Made by a program: the position numbers and the translations under genes
Assembly (NCBI GenBank): GCA_963764025.1
Contig: CAVXRK010000004.1
Span: 586,178-650,177 of the forward strand
Reading direction: 5' to 3'
DNA length: 64,000 nt
Source: an uncultured Acidobacteriota bacterium
Lineage (GTDB): Bacteria > Acidobacteriota > Thermoanaerobaculia > UBA5066 > Gp7-AA6
In this document: positions 1 to 9,464 of the stretch, piece after piece
Numbering within the stretch: the first letter of the stretch is position 1
How the letters are laid out: each line of letters starts with the position of its first letter
Notes under the pieces: model-generated
Told to the model about the DNA's origin: nothing
The model's database searches: none
The model's input: the letters and a program-made list of their open reading frames with translations, nothing else

Positions 1-680
1 GCGAGATAGACGAGCGCTCCGACGGAGCTCGGCGTCCAGCGCATCACGGCGCCGGGCTCGAAGGCCGCCGCCAGCGCGAGCAGGAGGGCCGAGCCCGCGA
101 GAGTCTGGAGCCAGACGTTCCAGACCGGCGGCACGGCCGAGAGGTACTTCTTGTTGTAGACGTTGGCGTACGCCGCGACGAGCGAGGACGCGAGGATGAG
201 CGCGCTGCCGAGAAGGAGCGGCCGCGTCTGCGCCGAGAAGAGCGTCGCCAGGGCCGGCGCCTCGATGACCGCGACGCCGCCGAGGCCGAGGATCGCCGAC
301 CCCGCCGTTCGCGCGGTCAGCGGCTCGGCGGCGAGCATGAAGTGCGCGAAGAGCCCGGCGAAGATCGGAAACGTCGCGAAGAGGACCGCCGCGAGGCCCG
401 AGTCGATCCACTGCTCCGCGAGGAAGATGCAGGCGTAGTTGACGCCGATCTGGAGGATGCCGCTCCAGACGATGCGCCGGCCCTTGCCCCGGGCGCCCTC
501 GCGGGCGCCGCGCGCGAACGCGAAGGGGGCGAGCAGCGCGCAGGCGAGCGCCATGCGGACGCCGCCGAACCACAGGGGCGACAGGTCCCGCAGGCCGATC
601 TTGATGACGAGCCACGTCGAGCCCCAGACCGCGCACAGCGCCATGTACATCGCGAGGCGACGGCCCGAGAGCGCGGACAT
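1..680 (-). CDS. EamA/DMT-family (drug/metabolite) transporter, 3' end runs off window
   Basis: Reverse-strand translation from ATG (cat at 678-680) gives MSALSGRRLAMYMALCAVWGSTWLVIKIGL... with repeated hydrophobic helices typical of a 10-TM EamA protein. No stop before position 1. Confidence 0.65.
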   Translation of the reverse strand, partial: MSALSGRRLAMYMALCAVWGSTWLVIKIGLRDLSPLWFGGVRMALACALLAPFAFARGAREGARGKGRRIVWSGILQIGVNYACIFLAEQWIDSGLAAVLFATFPIFAGLFAHFMLAAEPLTARTAGSAILGLGGVAVIEAPALATLFSAQTRPLLLGSALILASSLVAAYANVYNKKYLSAVPPVWNVWLQTLAGSALLLALAAAFEPGAVMRWTPSSVGALVYL

Positions 681-708
681 AGGACGCGCATCCTATAGAA
701 TTCGCGCG

Positions 709-1206
709 ATGTTCGAGGCTTCGATCGACCACAGCCAGGGCAAGCCCGCGCTCTATCGCGACCTCGCAGCGTCGCTCGCCGCCATGCTCGAGGGAGAGAC
801 GGACGCCGTGGCCAACCTGTCGAACGCCTCGGGTCTCCTGGCGCAGGCGCTCGACCGCATCAACTGGTGCGGCTTCTACCTGCTGCGCTCGGGCGGACTC
901 GTCCTGGGGCCCTTCCAGGGCAAGCCGGCCTGCGTGCGCATCGCCATCGGCCAGGGCGTCTGCGGCGCGGCCGCCGCGCGTCGCGAGACTCTCGTCGTGG
1001 CGGACGTGAACGCCTTTCCGGGCCACATCGCATGCGACGCGGCGTCGCGGTCGGAGATCGTCGTTCCGATCCTCGAGGGTGGGTCGCTCCGGGGAGTCCT
1101 CGACGTGGACGCACCCGAGCCCGACCGATTCGACGCGGAGGACCGCGCGGGACTCGAAGAATTCGTCCGCGTCCTCACGCCGCGTGTCGCCTGGACGAAA
1201 CTATAG
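709..1206 (+). CDS. GAF domain protein (free methionine-(R)-sulfoxide reductase / MsrC-like family)
   Basis: ATG at 709 gives MFEASIDHSQGKPALYRDLAASLAAMLEGETD...GFYLL...VLGPFQGKPACVRIAIGQGVCG, about 165 aa. Stop tag at 1204-1206. TATAGAAT lies 8 nt upstream. Confidence 0.75.
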   Translation: MFEASIDHSQGKPALYRDLAASLAAMLEGETDAVANLSNASGLLAQALDRINWCGFYLLRSGGLVLGPFQGKPACVRIAIGQGVCGAAAARRETLVVADVNAFPGHIACDAASRSEIVVPILEGGSLRGVLDVDAPEPDRFDAEDRAGLEEFVRVLTPRVAWTKL

Positions 1207-1226
1207 CTCTAGGAGGGGCTTTCCAA

Positions 1227-1316
1227 GGGGGTCAGGTCTTCATTTTTCGGATCTCGGTTCCCGCGTCGCGTGAGCAAGACGTTCCCGAGATCTCGAAAAA
1301 GTGAAGACCTGACCCC
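1227..1316. repeat. MITE-like hairpin element, repeat family A (GGGGTCAGGTCTnnATTTTTCGG arms)
   Basis: About 30-nt inverted arms at 1227-1258 and 1286-1316 are near-perfect reverse complements. The same arm sequence recurs at 18044, 52131 and 53102. Confidence 0.7.
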
Positions 1317-1345
1317 GACCTCGTCTCGACGACCGTTCCGACGGT

Positions 1346-2551
1346 CTAGGTCAGCGGGAGACGGCCCGCGAAGCCTTCCTCGTACGAGTGGAAGTGGTTG
1401 AGCCCGGCCTCGGGGTACTTCCAGCAGTAGTAGCCGCCGCCCGAGTCGAAGTCGACGAGCCAGACGCCCTTGATCTCGAGTCCCATTCCCTGGAGCTCTT
1501 GCGCCCAGGCTCGCACGACCTCCTGCCGCGCCTCCTCGAGATCGCCCGGCAGCTTCGAGAACTGGGCCACGGCCTCGGAGGTGATCTCCTGGACTCGCGG
1601 AAGAAGCTCCCGGGCTTCCTCCAGCGTGAAGATCCGGCGCTCCGGGGCGGGCGCCTCCGCCGTCTCTTCGTCTCGTCGTTTCGATCCGTCGACGTCGATG
1701 TCGACGTCGCCCGCCTCGCCGCGCAGACGGGCGCGCACGGCCTCGATGAGCCGGGCGATGCCTTCGGCGTCCTCGCCGCCGGCCGCGGCGGCGTACGCCT
1801 CGAGCACCGGGAGCGCCTCCTCCGGCCGGCCGCACTTGACGAGCAGGAGCCCGCGCTCGCGGACGATCTCGGGATCGTCGGGCTCGAGCGCCTCGGCGCA
1901 GGCGAGCACACCGAGGGCGTCCTCCCAGCGGTCGCGCTGCTCGTAGGAGCGCCGCAGGTTGAGCAGCACGCGCGCGAGGATCGCGCGGGGCGGGTCCGGC
2001 TGCAGGATCTCGGGTCCGACGGCGACCGGCTGGCCGAAGATCGCCGCGAGCCGGCGCGCCAATCCGCCCGCTTCATAGAGCTCCCCGCCGTCGAACGGAT
2101 CCAGATACATGCCGTCCGGCAGGTCCGGGCCGCCGACGACGAAGTGGCCGGGTAGCCCGACGCCCGTCAGCCGCAGGCCGGCGAGCCGGCCGACTTCGAT
2201 CGCGAGGATCGAGAGCGTGATGGGCAGGCCGCGGTGGCGGAAGAGCGCCCGCGCGACCGAGGAGTTCGAGGGCTGGTCGTAGTCCTCTTCGTCGCCGCGG
2301 AATCCTTCCTCCTCGAAGAGCACCTCGCCGAGCGCCGCGTGGGGCGCCGCGCCCGCGGCGATCTTCTCCTCGACGCGCAAGGCAAGGGCCGCGACGGCCT
2401 CGCGGGCCGCCCCGAGGTCCTCGCCCGGGTCGACGAGCTCGGCCACGAGCAGCGCCCCCTCGAAGAGGTCGAGCTCGGGCGATGCGGCGTACCGCCGGAA
2501 CCTCGACGCGAGAGAGTCCCGTTCGCCCGCCATCCGGCTGCCCGCTTCCAC
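1346..2551 (-). CDS. SirB1/transglutaminase-like TPR-family N-terminal domain fused to DUF2203-like C-terminal domain
   Basis: 401-aa ORF. N-terminal part has a ...ARALFRHRGLPITLSILAIEVGRLAGL..GVGLPGHFVV.. signature. C-terminal part has KGVWLVDFDSGGGYYCWKYPEAGLNHFHSYEEGFAGR. Confidence 0.55.
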   Translation of the reverse strand: MEAGSRMAGERDSLASRFRRYAASPELDLFEGALLVAELVDPGEDLGAAREAVAALALRVEEKIAAGAAPHAALGEVLFEEEGFRGDEEDYDQPSNSSVARALFRHRGLPITLSILAIEVGRLAGLRLTGVGLPGHFVVGGPDLPDGMYLDPFDGGELYEAGGLARRLAAIFGQPVAVGPEILQPDPPRAILARVLLNLRRSYEQRDRWEDALGVLACAEALEPDDPEIVRERGLLLVKCGRPEEALPVLEAYAAAAGGEDAEGIARLIEAVRARLRGEAGDVDIDVDGSKRRDEETAEAPAPERRIFTLEEARELLPRVQEITSEAVAQFSKLPGDLEEARQEVVRAWAQELQGMGLEIKGVWLVDFDSGGGYYCWKYPEAGLNHFHSYEEGFAGRLPLT

Positions 2552-3186
2552 TACCCCTCCCGCCGCGCGATGGCCACACCGTCGCGGAGCGGAACGATCG
2601 CCGTCTCGAACTCCTGCAGGGCGAAGAGGCGCCGGTTGAACTGGCGGATGCCTTCCGTCGCCGCGTCCTGGACCTTCGGATCGACGACCTTGCCGGACCA
2701 GAGCACGTTGTCGGCGATGAGGTACCCGCCCCGGCGCACCCGCGGCGCCGCCGCCTGGAGGGCCTGCGGGTAGCCGTCCTTGTCGACGTCGATGAAGATG
2801 ACGTCGTAGTACCCGGTCGTCGCCTCGAGCGACGTGACGGCGTCGCCGACGCGGATCGCGACGCGGTCGAGGTACCCCAGGCGCTCGAGGTACCCCTTCG
2901 CCCGCTCGGCGTTCTCGGCGTTGCCGTCGGTATACGTCACCTGGCCGCCCTTGCCGACCGCGCGCGCGAAGAAGGCCGTCGAGTAGCCGATCGCGCTGCC
3001 GAGCTCGAAGATCCGCTGGGCGCCGATCGAGCGCGCCAGGATCTCGAGCAGGGTGGCGACGGCGGGCCCCACGATCGGGACGTCGTGCCCGGCGGCGTAG
3101 GCCTCCATCTCCGCGATCACGGGGTCGCGCGGCGGCAGCAGGTCGAGCACGTAGCGGTCGAGCTCGGGGGCGATCAATCCGGCCAT
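2551..3186 (-). CDS. Class I SAM-dependent O-methyltransferase (caffeoyl-CoA OMT-like)
   Basis: MAGLIAPELDRYVLDLLPPRDPVIAEMEAYAAGHDVPIVGPAVATLLEILARSIGAQRIFELGSAIGYSTAFFARAV...VIFIDVDKDGYP...GGYLIADNVLW. The ATG corresponds to cat at 3184-3186. The 691-aa ORF-track extension upstream is GC-frame noise. Confidence 0.8.
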   Translation of the reverse strand: MAGLIAPELDRYVLDLLPPRDPVIAEMEAYAAGHDVPIVGPAVATLLEILARSIGAQRIFELGSAIGYSTAFFARAVGKGGQVTYTDGNAENAERAKGYLERLGYLDRVAIRVGDAVTSLEATTGYYDVIFIDVDKDGYPQALQAAAPRVRRGGYLIADNVLWSGKVVDPKVQDAATEGIRQFNRRLFALQEFETAIVPLRDGVAIARREG

Positions 3187-3419
3187 GAGCGGGATCTTAT
3201 CTCCGTCGCTTCGCTTGCTCGGGGGTCTGCACCGTCGCTTCGCTTGCGAGGAGGGTCTGCGCCTGCGGCGCACCGGCGAGCGGCTCGCCTGTGGGCTCGA
3301 CCGCTCGCCTGACCTCCTCGCTGCGCTTCGCTCCCGCGGCGCGGACCTCCTCCCTCCCTTCGGTCGGGAGACTATCCGCGCCGCGAACGACAGGGACAGC
3401 GTCCTTCTATAATCCGCGG

Positions 3420-4599
3420 GTGCCGAATCCGTCAGCTCGCGTCGACAAGCTCCTGGCCGAATTCCCGAAAGAGGAGCAGGCGCTCCTCGTCGCGACGCGG
3501 CGCGACTTCCACGCGCATCCCGAGCTCGCGTACGAAGAAATGCGCACGGGCCAGGTCGTCGCGGACCGGCTCGCGGCGCTCGGCCTGACGCCGCGGCGCG
3601 GGATCGGCCGGACCGGCGTCTTCGCGGACGCGGGGCCGGACGGTCCGCGGCTGCTGCTGCGCGCCGACATGGACGCCCTGCCCATCGAGGAGGAGTCGCG
3701 GCGAGCCCTACGTCTCGCGGAGCCCGGGGCGCATGCATGCCTGCGGGCACGACGGCCACGTCGCGATCGGCCTCGCCGTCGCCGAGCGCCTCGCGCGGCG
3801 GCCGCCCGCGCGCGGGCTGCGTTTTCTCTACCAGCCCGCCGAGGAGGGCGGAGGCGGCGCGGACTCCTGCGTTCGCGACGGCGCGCTCGACGGGGTCGCG
3901 GCGGCGCTCGGGCTGCACCTCTGGAGCCCGATGCCGGTCGGAAAGATCGGGATCAATCGCGGCGCCCTGATGGCGGCGGTCGACCAGTTCTCGATCGAGG
4001 TCGAGGGCCGCGGGGGTCACGGCGCGATGCCCCACGAGGCCGTGGACCCGATCCTCGCCGCGGCGCGCATCGTCGAGTCGCTGCAGTCGGTCGTCTCGCG
4101 GGAGATCTCGCCTCTCGATTCCGCGGTCGTGACGATCGGGTCGATCCACGGCGGCACCGCCTTCAACGTCATCCCCTCGAGCGTGACGCTCGCCGGCACG
4201 GCCCGCTCCTTCACGCCGGAGACGGGCCGCGCGCTTCCCGAGAAGATCCGCCGCGTCGTCGCCGGCACCGCCGCCGCGTGCGGGGTCTCGGCGACCGTGA
4301 AATACGAGCGGACCAACGCCGCGACGGTCAACGACCCCGGGATCGCCGACATCGTGATCGAAGCGGCGGCGCGGCTCCTCGGGGAGGAGAACGTCGAGAC
4401 CGACACGCGCACCCTCGCCGGCGAGGACATGTGCGTGTACCTCGAGCGCGTTCCGGGCGCCTTCTTCTTCGTCGGCTGCGCGCGGGAAGGCGAGCCGCGG
4501 CCGCACCACTCGCCCCGCTTCGACCTCGACGAGCGGGCGCTGGCGATCGGGACGCTCGTCCTGGAAGAAGCCGCACGGGAGGTCGCGCGGCGCCTCTGA
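3420..4599 (+). pseudogene. M20-family amidohydrolase (hippurate hydrolase / N-acyl-amino acid amidohydrolase-like) with +1 frameshift near 3699
   Basis: N-terminal half (GTG 3420; ...LLAEFPKEEQALLVATRRDFHAHPELAYEE...ADMDALPIEEES) is in one frame. The conserved GEPYVSRSPGRMHACGHDGH...GGHGAMPHEAVDPI... continues in the +1 frame from about 3700. TATAAT lies 7 nt upstream of the GTG. Confidence 0.7.
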
Positions 4600-4637
4600 C
4601 GCTGCGTCGGCCGGCGTCCAAGCCATAATGCCGCGCC

Positions 4638-6032
4638 GTGCCGACGCTCCCCCTCGCGGCCCTCGCCGTCTATCTCGTCGCGGTGCTCGCGATCGGCGTC
4701 GCGTACCGGCGCCGCGCCGGCCGTGACGAGGCGTCCTACTACCTGGCCGATCGCTCGCTCGGCACGTTCTGGGGATTCACGGGCCTCGCCTCGCTGACGA
4801 CGGGCGGGTCGACGACCATCGCCCTCGCGACCCTCGTCTACACCCACGGGATCTCGGGACTCTGGCTCGACCTCGCCGGAGCCCTCGGCCTCGTCGTGCT
4901 CGGCCTCTTTCTCGCCCGCCGCGTCCGCCGCGAGGCCGCCGTCACGCTGCCCGAGATCATCGGCCGCTACTACGGCGTCGCCGCGCGGCGGGTGGCGGCC
5001 CTCCTCGTCCTCGTCTCCGAGATCGTCTGGTTCGCCCTTCTGACGGAGACGACGCAGGTCGTCCTGACGGCCGCGCTCGGGATCTCTCCCCGGCCCGCGA
5101 TCATCCTGTCGACTGCCGTCTTCGTGGCCTACACGTCGCTCGGCGGCCAGTTCGCGGTCGTGCGGACGGACCTCCTGCAATACGGCCTGATGCTCGTCGG
5201 AATCCCCGGCATCGCGCTCGTCTGCGCGCTCTCGGGGGCCGGCGGGTTGTCGGGACTGCCGAAGGAGGTCTGGAGCTTCCCCACCTCGGCCTCCTTCCAC
5301 GCTTCCGACGTTGCGGCGATGCTCGTCCTGATCGGTCTTCCGCACCTCGTCGGCAGCGACGTGTACGCGAAGCTCCTCTCCTGCCGCGACGAGAACACAG
5401 CGCGGCGCTCCGCCCTCCTGGCGGCGGCCTCGAAAGTCCTCTTCGGTTTCTCGGTCGCGGCGATTGCCCTGGCGGCAAGGAAAACCCTGCCGCCGATGGA
5501 CGCCTCCGGCGCTCTGCCGGCGGCGGTCCTGGGCTTCGCCCCGCCGGCGCTCTCGGCCCTCGTCCTCGTGGCGCTCGTCGCGACCATGCAGACCTCCGCC
5601 GACGTCGTGCTGCTCTCGGCCACGGCCGTCACCGCGCGCGACCTCGCGCCCGCTGTCCTCGGGCGGACGCTGCCGCTTTCCGGCGCACGACTGCTCGCGC
5701 CGGCCTACGGGGCTCTCGGCCTCGCCGTCGCGCTCGCCCTCGACCGCAACGTGCTCTCGACCCTGAAGCTCGGCTACTCGATCTTCGCGGCGGGACTGAT
5801 CCTGCCGGTCCTCGCGGCTTTTCTCCCGGGCCGCCTCCGCGTCCCGACCGGCGGCGCCATCGCGGCCATGGTGGCGGGCGGTGCGATGGCGGCCGCCGGA
5901 CGGTTCGCGCCGGCTGTCGCCTTCGGGCGCGACCCGGTGCTCGTCGGCACCGCCGTCAACGCGGCCGTCCTCGCCGCGGCCTTCCTCGCCGGGCTCCGCC
6001 GCGGCGGCTCGCCGGAGCCCGCCCGCGCATGA
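4638..6032 (+). CDS. Sodium:solute symporter (SSS) family transporter
   Basis: GTG start. VPTLPLAALAVYLVAVLAIGVAYRRRAG...YYLADRSLGTFWGFTGLASLTTGGSTT..., multi-TM, 464 aa. CATAAT lies 8 nt upstream. Confidence 0.75.
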   Translation: MPTLPLAALAVYLVAVLAIGVAYRRRAGRDEASYYLADRSLGTFWGFTGLASLTTGGSTTIALATLVYTHGISGLWLDLAGALGLVVLGLFLARRVRREAAVTLPEIIGRYYGVAARRVAALLVLVSEIVWFALLTETTQVVLTAALGISPRPAIILSTAVFVAYTSLGGQFAVVRTDLLQYGLMLVGIPGIALVCALSGAGGLSGLPKEVWSFPTSASFHASDVAAMLVLIGLPHLVGSDVYAKLLSCRDENTARRSALLAAASKVLFGFSVAAIALAARKTLPPMDASGALPAAVLGFAPPALSALVLVALVATMQTSADVVLLSATAVTARDLAPAVLGRTLPLSGARLLAPAYGALGLAVALALDRNVLSTLKLGYSIFAAGLILPVLAAFLPGRLRVPTGGAIAAMVAGGAMAAAGRFAPAVAFGRDPVLVGTAVNAAVLAAAFLAGLRRGGSPEPARA

Positions 6033-7330
6033 AGTGGCGGCTGCGCCCCGAGGCGCATCCCGAGCTCGTCAAGCCCGCGGGCCCCAACCTCGGCGTCGCC
6101 CCTCCCCGCGGGGCCGAGGCGCCGCGCCGCGGGATGTTCGCCTCGCTCGCGCACACGCAGTACCGGCGCTACTGGACGGGGCTCTTCCTCTCGAACGTGG
6201 GCACGTGGATGCAGTCGGTCGCGCAGGGATGGCTCGTTCTGCGTCTCTCGAACTCGGCCTTTCTCCTCGGCCTCGTCGGCTTCGTCGGGTCGATCCCGAC
6301 GCTCCTGCTCGCGCCGCTCGCCGGCGTCGCCGCGGACCGGCTCGACCGCCGCCGCCTGCTCCTCGCGACCCAGGCGACGCAGATGGCCTGCGCGTTCACT
6401 CTCGCCGTCGCGGTCTACGAAGGGTTCGTCTCGGTCCCCCTCGTGGCGGGGGTCGCCGTCGTCAACGGCATCGCCAATGCCCTGACCACGCCGGCTCACC
6501 AGACGCTCTTTCTCGACCTCGTGGGGCCCGAGGACCTGACCAACGCCATCGCGCTGAACTCGATGCAGTTCAACCTCTCGCGGATCGTCGGCCCGGCGCT
6601 CGCCGGCCTCGCGATCGGCGCCCTCGGGGAAGCCGCCTGCTTCGCCCTGAACGGGATCTCGTTCGTCGCGATCCTCGTGCCGCTCGCGATCCTTCCGGCC
6701 ATGCCCCCGTCGCGGCGCCGGGCGCGGAGCGCGTGGATCGACCTGCGCGCGGGACTGCGCTTCGCCCGGCGACATCCGTTGATCCCGCAGCTTCTCTTCC
6801 TGATCGCCTCGCTCGCCATCTTCGGGACGCCCGCGGTCACGATGGCCCCGCTCTTCGCGAAGAACCTGCTCGGCGTCGGGCCCGAGGGCCTCGGCGGCAT
6901 GCTCTCGGCGGTCGGCGTCGGCGCGGTCGCGACCGCCCTGCTCATGGCTTCCGGCGGCGATTTCGGCCACAAGGGCGCCGGCGTCCTCGCGGCGTCCACC
7001 GGCTTCGCGCTGTCGCTCGCCGGCTTCGCCCTCTCCCGAAGCTACACGCTGTCGCTCGCGTGCCTGGTGGTCCTCGGCGGCTCGATGACCTCGACGGCCT
7101 CGCTCGTCAACACGCTCCTGCAGAAGAGCGCGCCGAACCGCATGCGCGGCCGCGTGATTTCGCTCTACGCCCTGGCCTGGCTGGGGTTCGTGCCGCTCGG
7201 CAACCTGCAGGCCGGGATCGTCGCGCAGCGCTTCGGCGCTGCCTCGACCCTCCTCGTCGGCGCCGCCGGCATCACGCTGACGCTGGTGCTCCTCCGCCTC
7301 TTCCGTCCGGTGCCTCTGGAAGCGGCGTAA
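6029..7330 (+). CDS. MFS transporter (EntS/MFS_3-like)
   Basis: ATGA overlap with the upstream gene. ...YRRYWTGLFLSNVGTWMQSVAQGWLVL...LAPLAGVAADRLDRRRLL.., 12 predicted TM helices. Confidence 0.75.
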   Translation: MKWRLRPEAHPELVKPAGPNLGVAPPRGAEAPRRGMFASLAHTQYRRYWTGLFLSNVGTWMQSVAQGWLVLRLSNSAFLLGLVGFVGSIPTLLLAPLAGVAADRLDRRRLLLATQATQMACAFTLAVAVYEGFVSVPLVAGVAVVNGIANALTTPAHQTLFLDLVGPEDLTNAIALNSMQFNLSRIVGPALAGLAIGALGEAACFALNGISFVAILVPLAILPAMPPSRRRARSAWIDLRAGLRFARRHPLIPQLLFLIASLAIFGTPAVTMAPLFAKNLLGVGPEGLGGMLSAVGVGAVATALLMASGGDFGHKGAGVLAASTGFALSLAGFALSRSYTLSLACLVVLGGSMTSTASLVNTLLQKSAPNRMRGRVISLYALAWLGFVPLGNLQAGIVAQRFGAASTLLVGAAGITLTLVLLRLFRPVPLEAA

Positions 7331-7335
7331 GGCCC

Positions 7336-7363
7336 CGCCGTCCGCCGTCCGCCGTCTGCCGTC
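7336..7363. repeat. Short tandem heptamer repeat (CCGTCCG x4) in convergent intergenic region
   Basis: ccgtccgccgtccgccgtctgccgtccg. A similar motif recurs at 47641-47670. Confidence 0.5.
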
Positions 7364-7369
7364 CGACTC

Positions 7370-8545
7370 CTACGGCTTCCCGGCGGCGGGCGCCTCGCCC
7401 AGGCACTCGTACGCCGGCTCCTCGGGCGAGCGGATCAGGGCGAAGTCCCAGAGGCTCTTGTCCCCCTCCCACTCGCGCAGCGGCTGGAAGACCACCATGT
7501 GAGCCGGGCAATTGACGCGGTCGAAGTTCACGACCGCGAGTCCCGGCTGCCGCACCGTCACGTGCACGTCGCGGGCGTCGGGGTAACGCTTCTTGACGAG
7601 CTCGGTCGGGTCGAGCGCCCACGGCGCCTCGGTCGCCACCTTCTTCTGGCGCTCCTGGAGCCTGGCGAGTTCTCCGGCGAAGGTCGACTGGTGGACGAGG
7701 CCCCAGTACGAGAGATCCAGCCCGCCGCCCTCCGACCATTCCGGCTCCAGCGTCTCGGACGCGATCCGGAATTTGCGTTCGCCGAAGACGTAGTTCGTCG
7801 TCAGCGTGAAGCTCCGGTAGCGCGGCGGCAGCTCCTTGTTGATGAACGTGTCGACGGCGATCCGGCGCGTGATCCCCTCGGGCCCGAACTCGACGTCGAC
7901 CGCCGTGCGCGGCAGCACGATCGAGAACGTCGGGTCGAAACGCCCCCGGTCGAGCCGGTACATGTGCGTCTCGGAGAGACGCGGATCGCCGGGGTGGATG
8001 ACCTGGAGCGCGACCTGCGGGCGGTCGTCGAAACGGAAGTCGACGCTGCGAAAGGCGACGAGCTCGTCGCACTTGGTCGGGTCGTCGCTCTGCGAGCAGA
8101 GAAGCGGAAGGTGCCCCGCGAGCAGGAGGTCCCACTCCGTGCCCTTGCCCTTCTTGAGGACGGCAAGGATCGGGTTCTCGAACGGCAGGCGCGTGCGAGA
8201 GACGAAGCCGACGGCGGGGACGTCCGGCGGCAGGCCGCGGAACGAGCCGACGCCCTCGACGAGCGCCTCGAAGACGCCGTCGTTGTCGAGGTCGACTTCC
8301 TCGACCCGCGTCAGCTTCGTGAAGCTCACGAAGCGGTTCTCGTACCGGGTCACGCGCGTTCCCGACGCCGCGCCACGGTTCTGGCGGACCACGCGCTCCG
8401 GGGGAACGGGTGTCGGGATCGGCGTCGGAGCCAACGTCGGGCGCGGGCGCGGCCGGGGCGTCTGCCCGGAAGCCGGCGAGGGAACGCATAGCGTCGCCGC
8501 CAGGGCGAGGACGCCGGCCAGGGGCGCTCGATTGTGACGATGCAT
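7370..8545 (-). CDS. Hypothetical secreted protein (signal peptide plus Pro-rich linker)
   Basis: MHRHNRAPLAGVLALAATLCVPSPASG signal peptide, then QTPRPRPRPTLAPTPIPTPVPP, then a 330-aa globular region. No family recognised. Confidence 0.6.
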   Translation of the reverse strand: MHRHNRAPLAGVLALAATLCVPSPASGQTPRPRPRPTLAPTPIPTPVPPERVVRQNRGAASGTRVTRYENRFVSFTKLTRVEEVDLDNDGVFEALVEGVGSFRGLPPDVPAVGFVSRTRLPFENPILAVLKKGKGTEWDLLLAGHLPLLCSQSDDPTKCDELVAFRSVDFRFDDRPQVALQVIHPGDPRLSETHMYRLDRGRFDPTFSIVLPRTAVDVEFGPEGITRRIAVDTFINKELPPRYRSFTLTTNYVFGERKFRIASETLEPEWSEGGGLDLSYWGLVHQSTFAGELARLQERQKKVATEAPWALDPTELVKKRYPDARDVHVTVRQPGLAVVNFDRVNCPAHMVVFQPLREWEGDKSLWDFALIRSPEEPAYECLGEAPAAGKP

Positions 8546-8602
8546 CGGTATCCCGGGATTTTACAGGAGACGGGGGGGCGTGGATTAGGCTAGCGGCCGC
8601 GC

Positions 8603-9457
8603 ATGCGTGTCTTCGACTGCCACGTCCACGTCCAGCCCTGGGAACAGATGAAGCCGGGCGCCCGCGCCCTCATGGCGGGGGGCCGCAAGGACCTCCCGGC
8701 CATCCAGGAAGCCCTCTCCGATCCCGCCGCGCTGCTGGCGCTGATGGACCGGGAAGGGGTCGAGAAGGCCGCCCTCATCAACTACGTCGCTCCCGAAGTG
8801 ATGGGCTTCACGCCGGAGGCCAACGACTGGATCGCCCGCTACGTGCGCGGCCACGAGGACCGGCTCTACGCGGTCGGATCGGTCCATCCCCGCCACACGC
8901 GGGACGCGGCGGGCGACACCCGCCGCCTCTTCGAGTCGCTCGGCATCCGGCTTCTCAAGATCCATCCGCCCCACCAGCTCTTCGCCGCCAACGCTTACCT
9001 CTCGGGCGAGCCGGGACTGGCCGAGATCTATCGCGTCGCCGAGGAGCTCGGCCGGCCCGTGACGGTCCACACCGGCACCTCGATTTTTCCGGGCGCCCGG
9101 AATCGCTTTGCCGATCCGATGCCGGTCGACGACGTCGCGGTGGACTTTCCGAAGCTCAAGATCCTGCTCGCCCACGCCGGCCGGCCCCTCTACATGGAGA
9201 CGGCCGCATTTCTCGTGCGGCGGCACCCCAACGTGCACCTCGACCTCTCGGGCATTCCGCCGAAGAAGCTCCTCGACTATCTCCCGCGCCTCGAGGACCT
9301 CTCGGACCGCTGCCTCTGGGGGACCGACTATCCGAGCCCCGGGGTGGCCTCGATGCGCCGGAACGTCGACGACTTCCTGGCACTGCCGCTGTCGGAGGAG
9401 GCGAAAGAGCGGATCCTCTGGAGCAACGCCGCCCGGGTCTTCGGCCACTCCATATAA
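8603..9457 (+). CDS. Amidohydrolase-2 family metal-dependent hydrolase (TIM barrel)
   Basis: MRVFDCHVHVQPWEQ...LINYVAPEVMGFTPEANDW...GSVHPRH..KIHPPHQ..VHTGTSIF..LAHAGRP.., 284 aa. Confidence 0.7.
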   Translation: MRVFDCHVHVQPWEQMKPGARALMAGGRKDLPAIQEALSDPAALLALMDREGVEKAALINYVAPEVMGFTPEANDWIARYVRGHEDRLYAVGSVHPRHTRDAAGDTRRLFESLGIRLLKIHPPHQLFAANAYLSGEPGLAEIYRVAEELGRPVTVHTGTSIFPGARNRFADPMPVDDVAVDFPKLKILLAHAGRPLYMETAAFLVRRHPNVHLDLSGIPPKKLLDYLPRLEDLSDRCLWGTDYPSPGVASMRRNVDDFLALPLSEEAKERILWSNAARVFGHSI

Positions 9458-9464
9458 TCCCGGC

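Noticed and set aside
2551-4626. 691-aa minus-strand ORF
   Set aside because: Only the C-terminal 212 aa (O-methyltransferase) are coding. The Arg/Pro/Gly-rich N-terminal extension is the antisense frame of the M20 amidohydrolase, a high-GC open-frame artefact.
5774-8489. Long ORFs antisense to or overlapping the MFS transporter and secreted protein (5774-6970, 5881-7515, 7272-8489)
   Set aside because: These are high-GC alternative-frame ORFs with R/P/G-rich translations and no domain signatures. They overlap better-supported genes.
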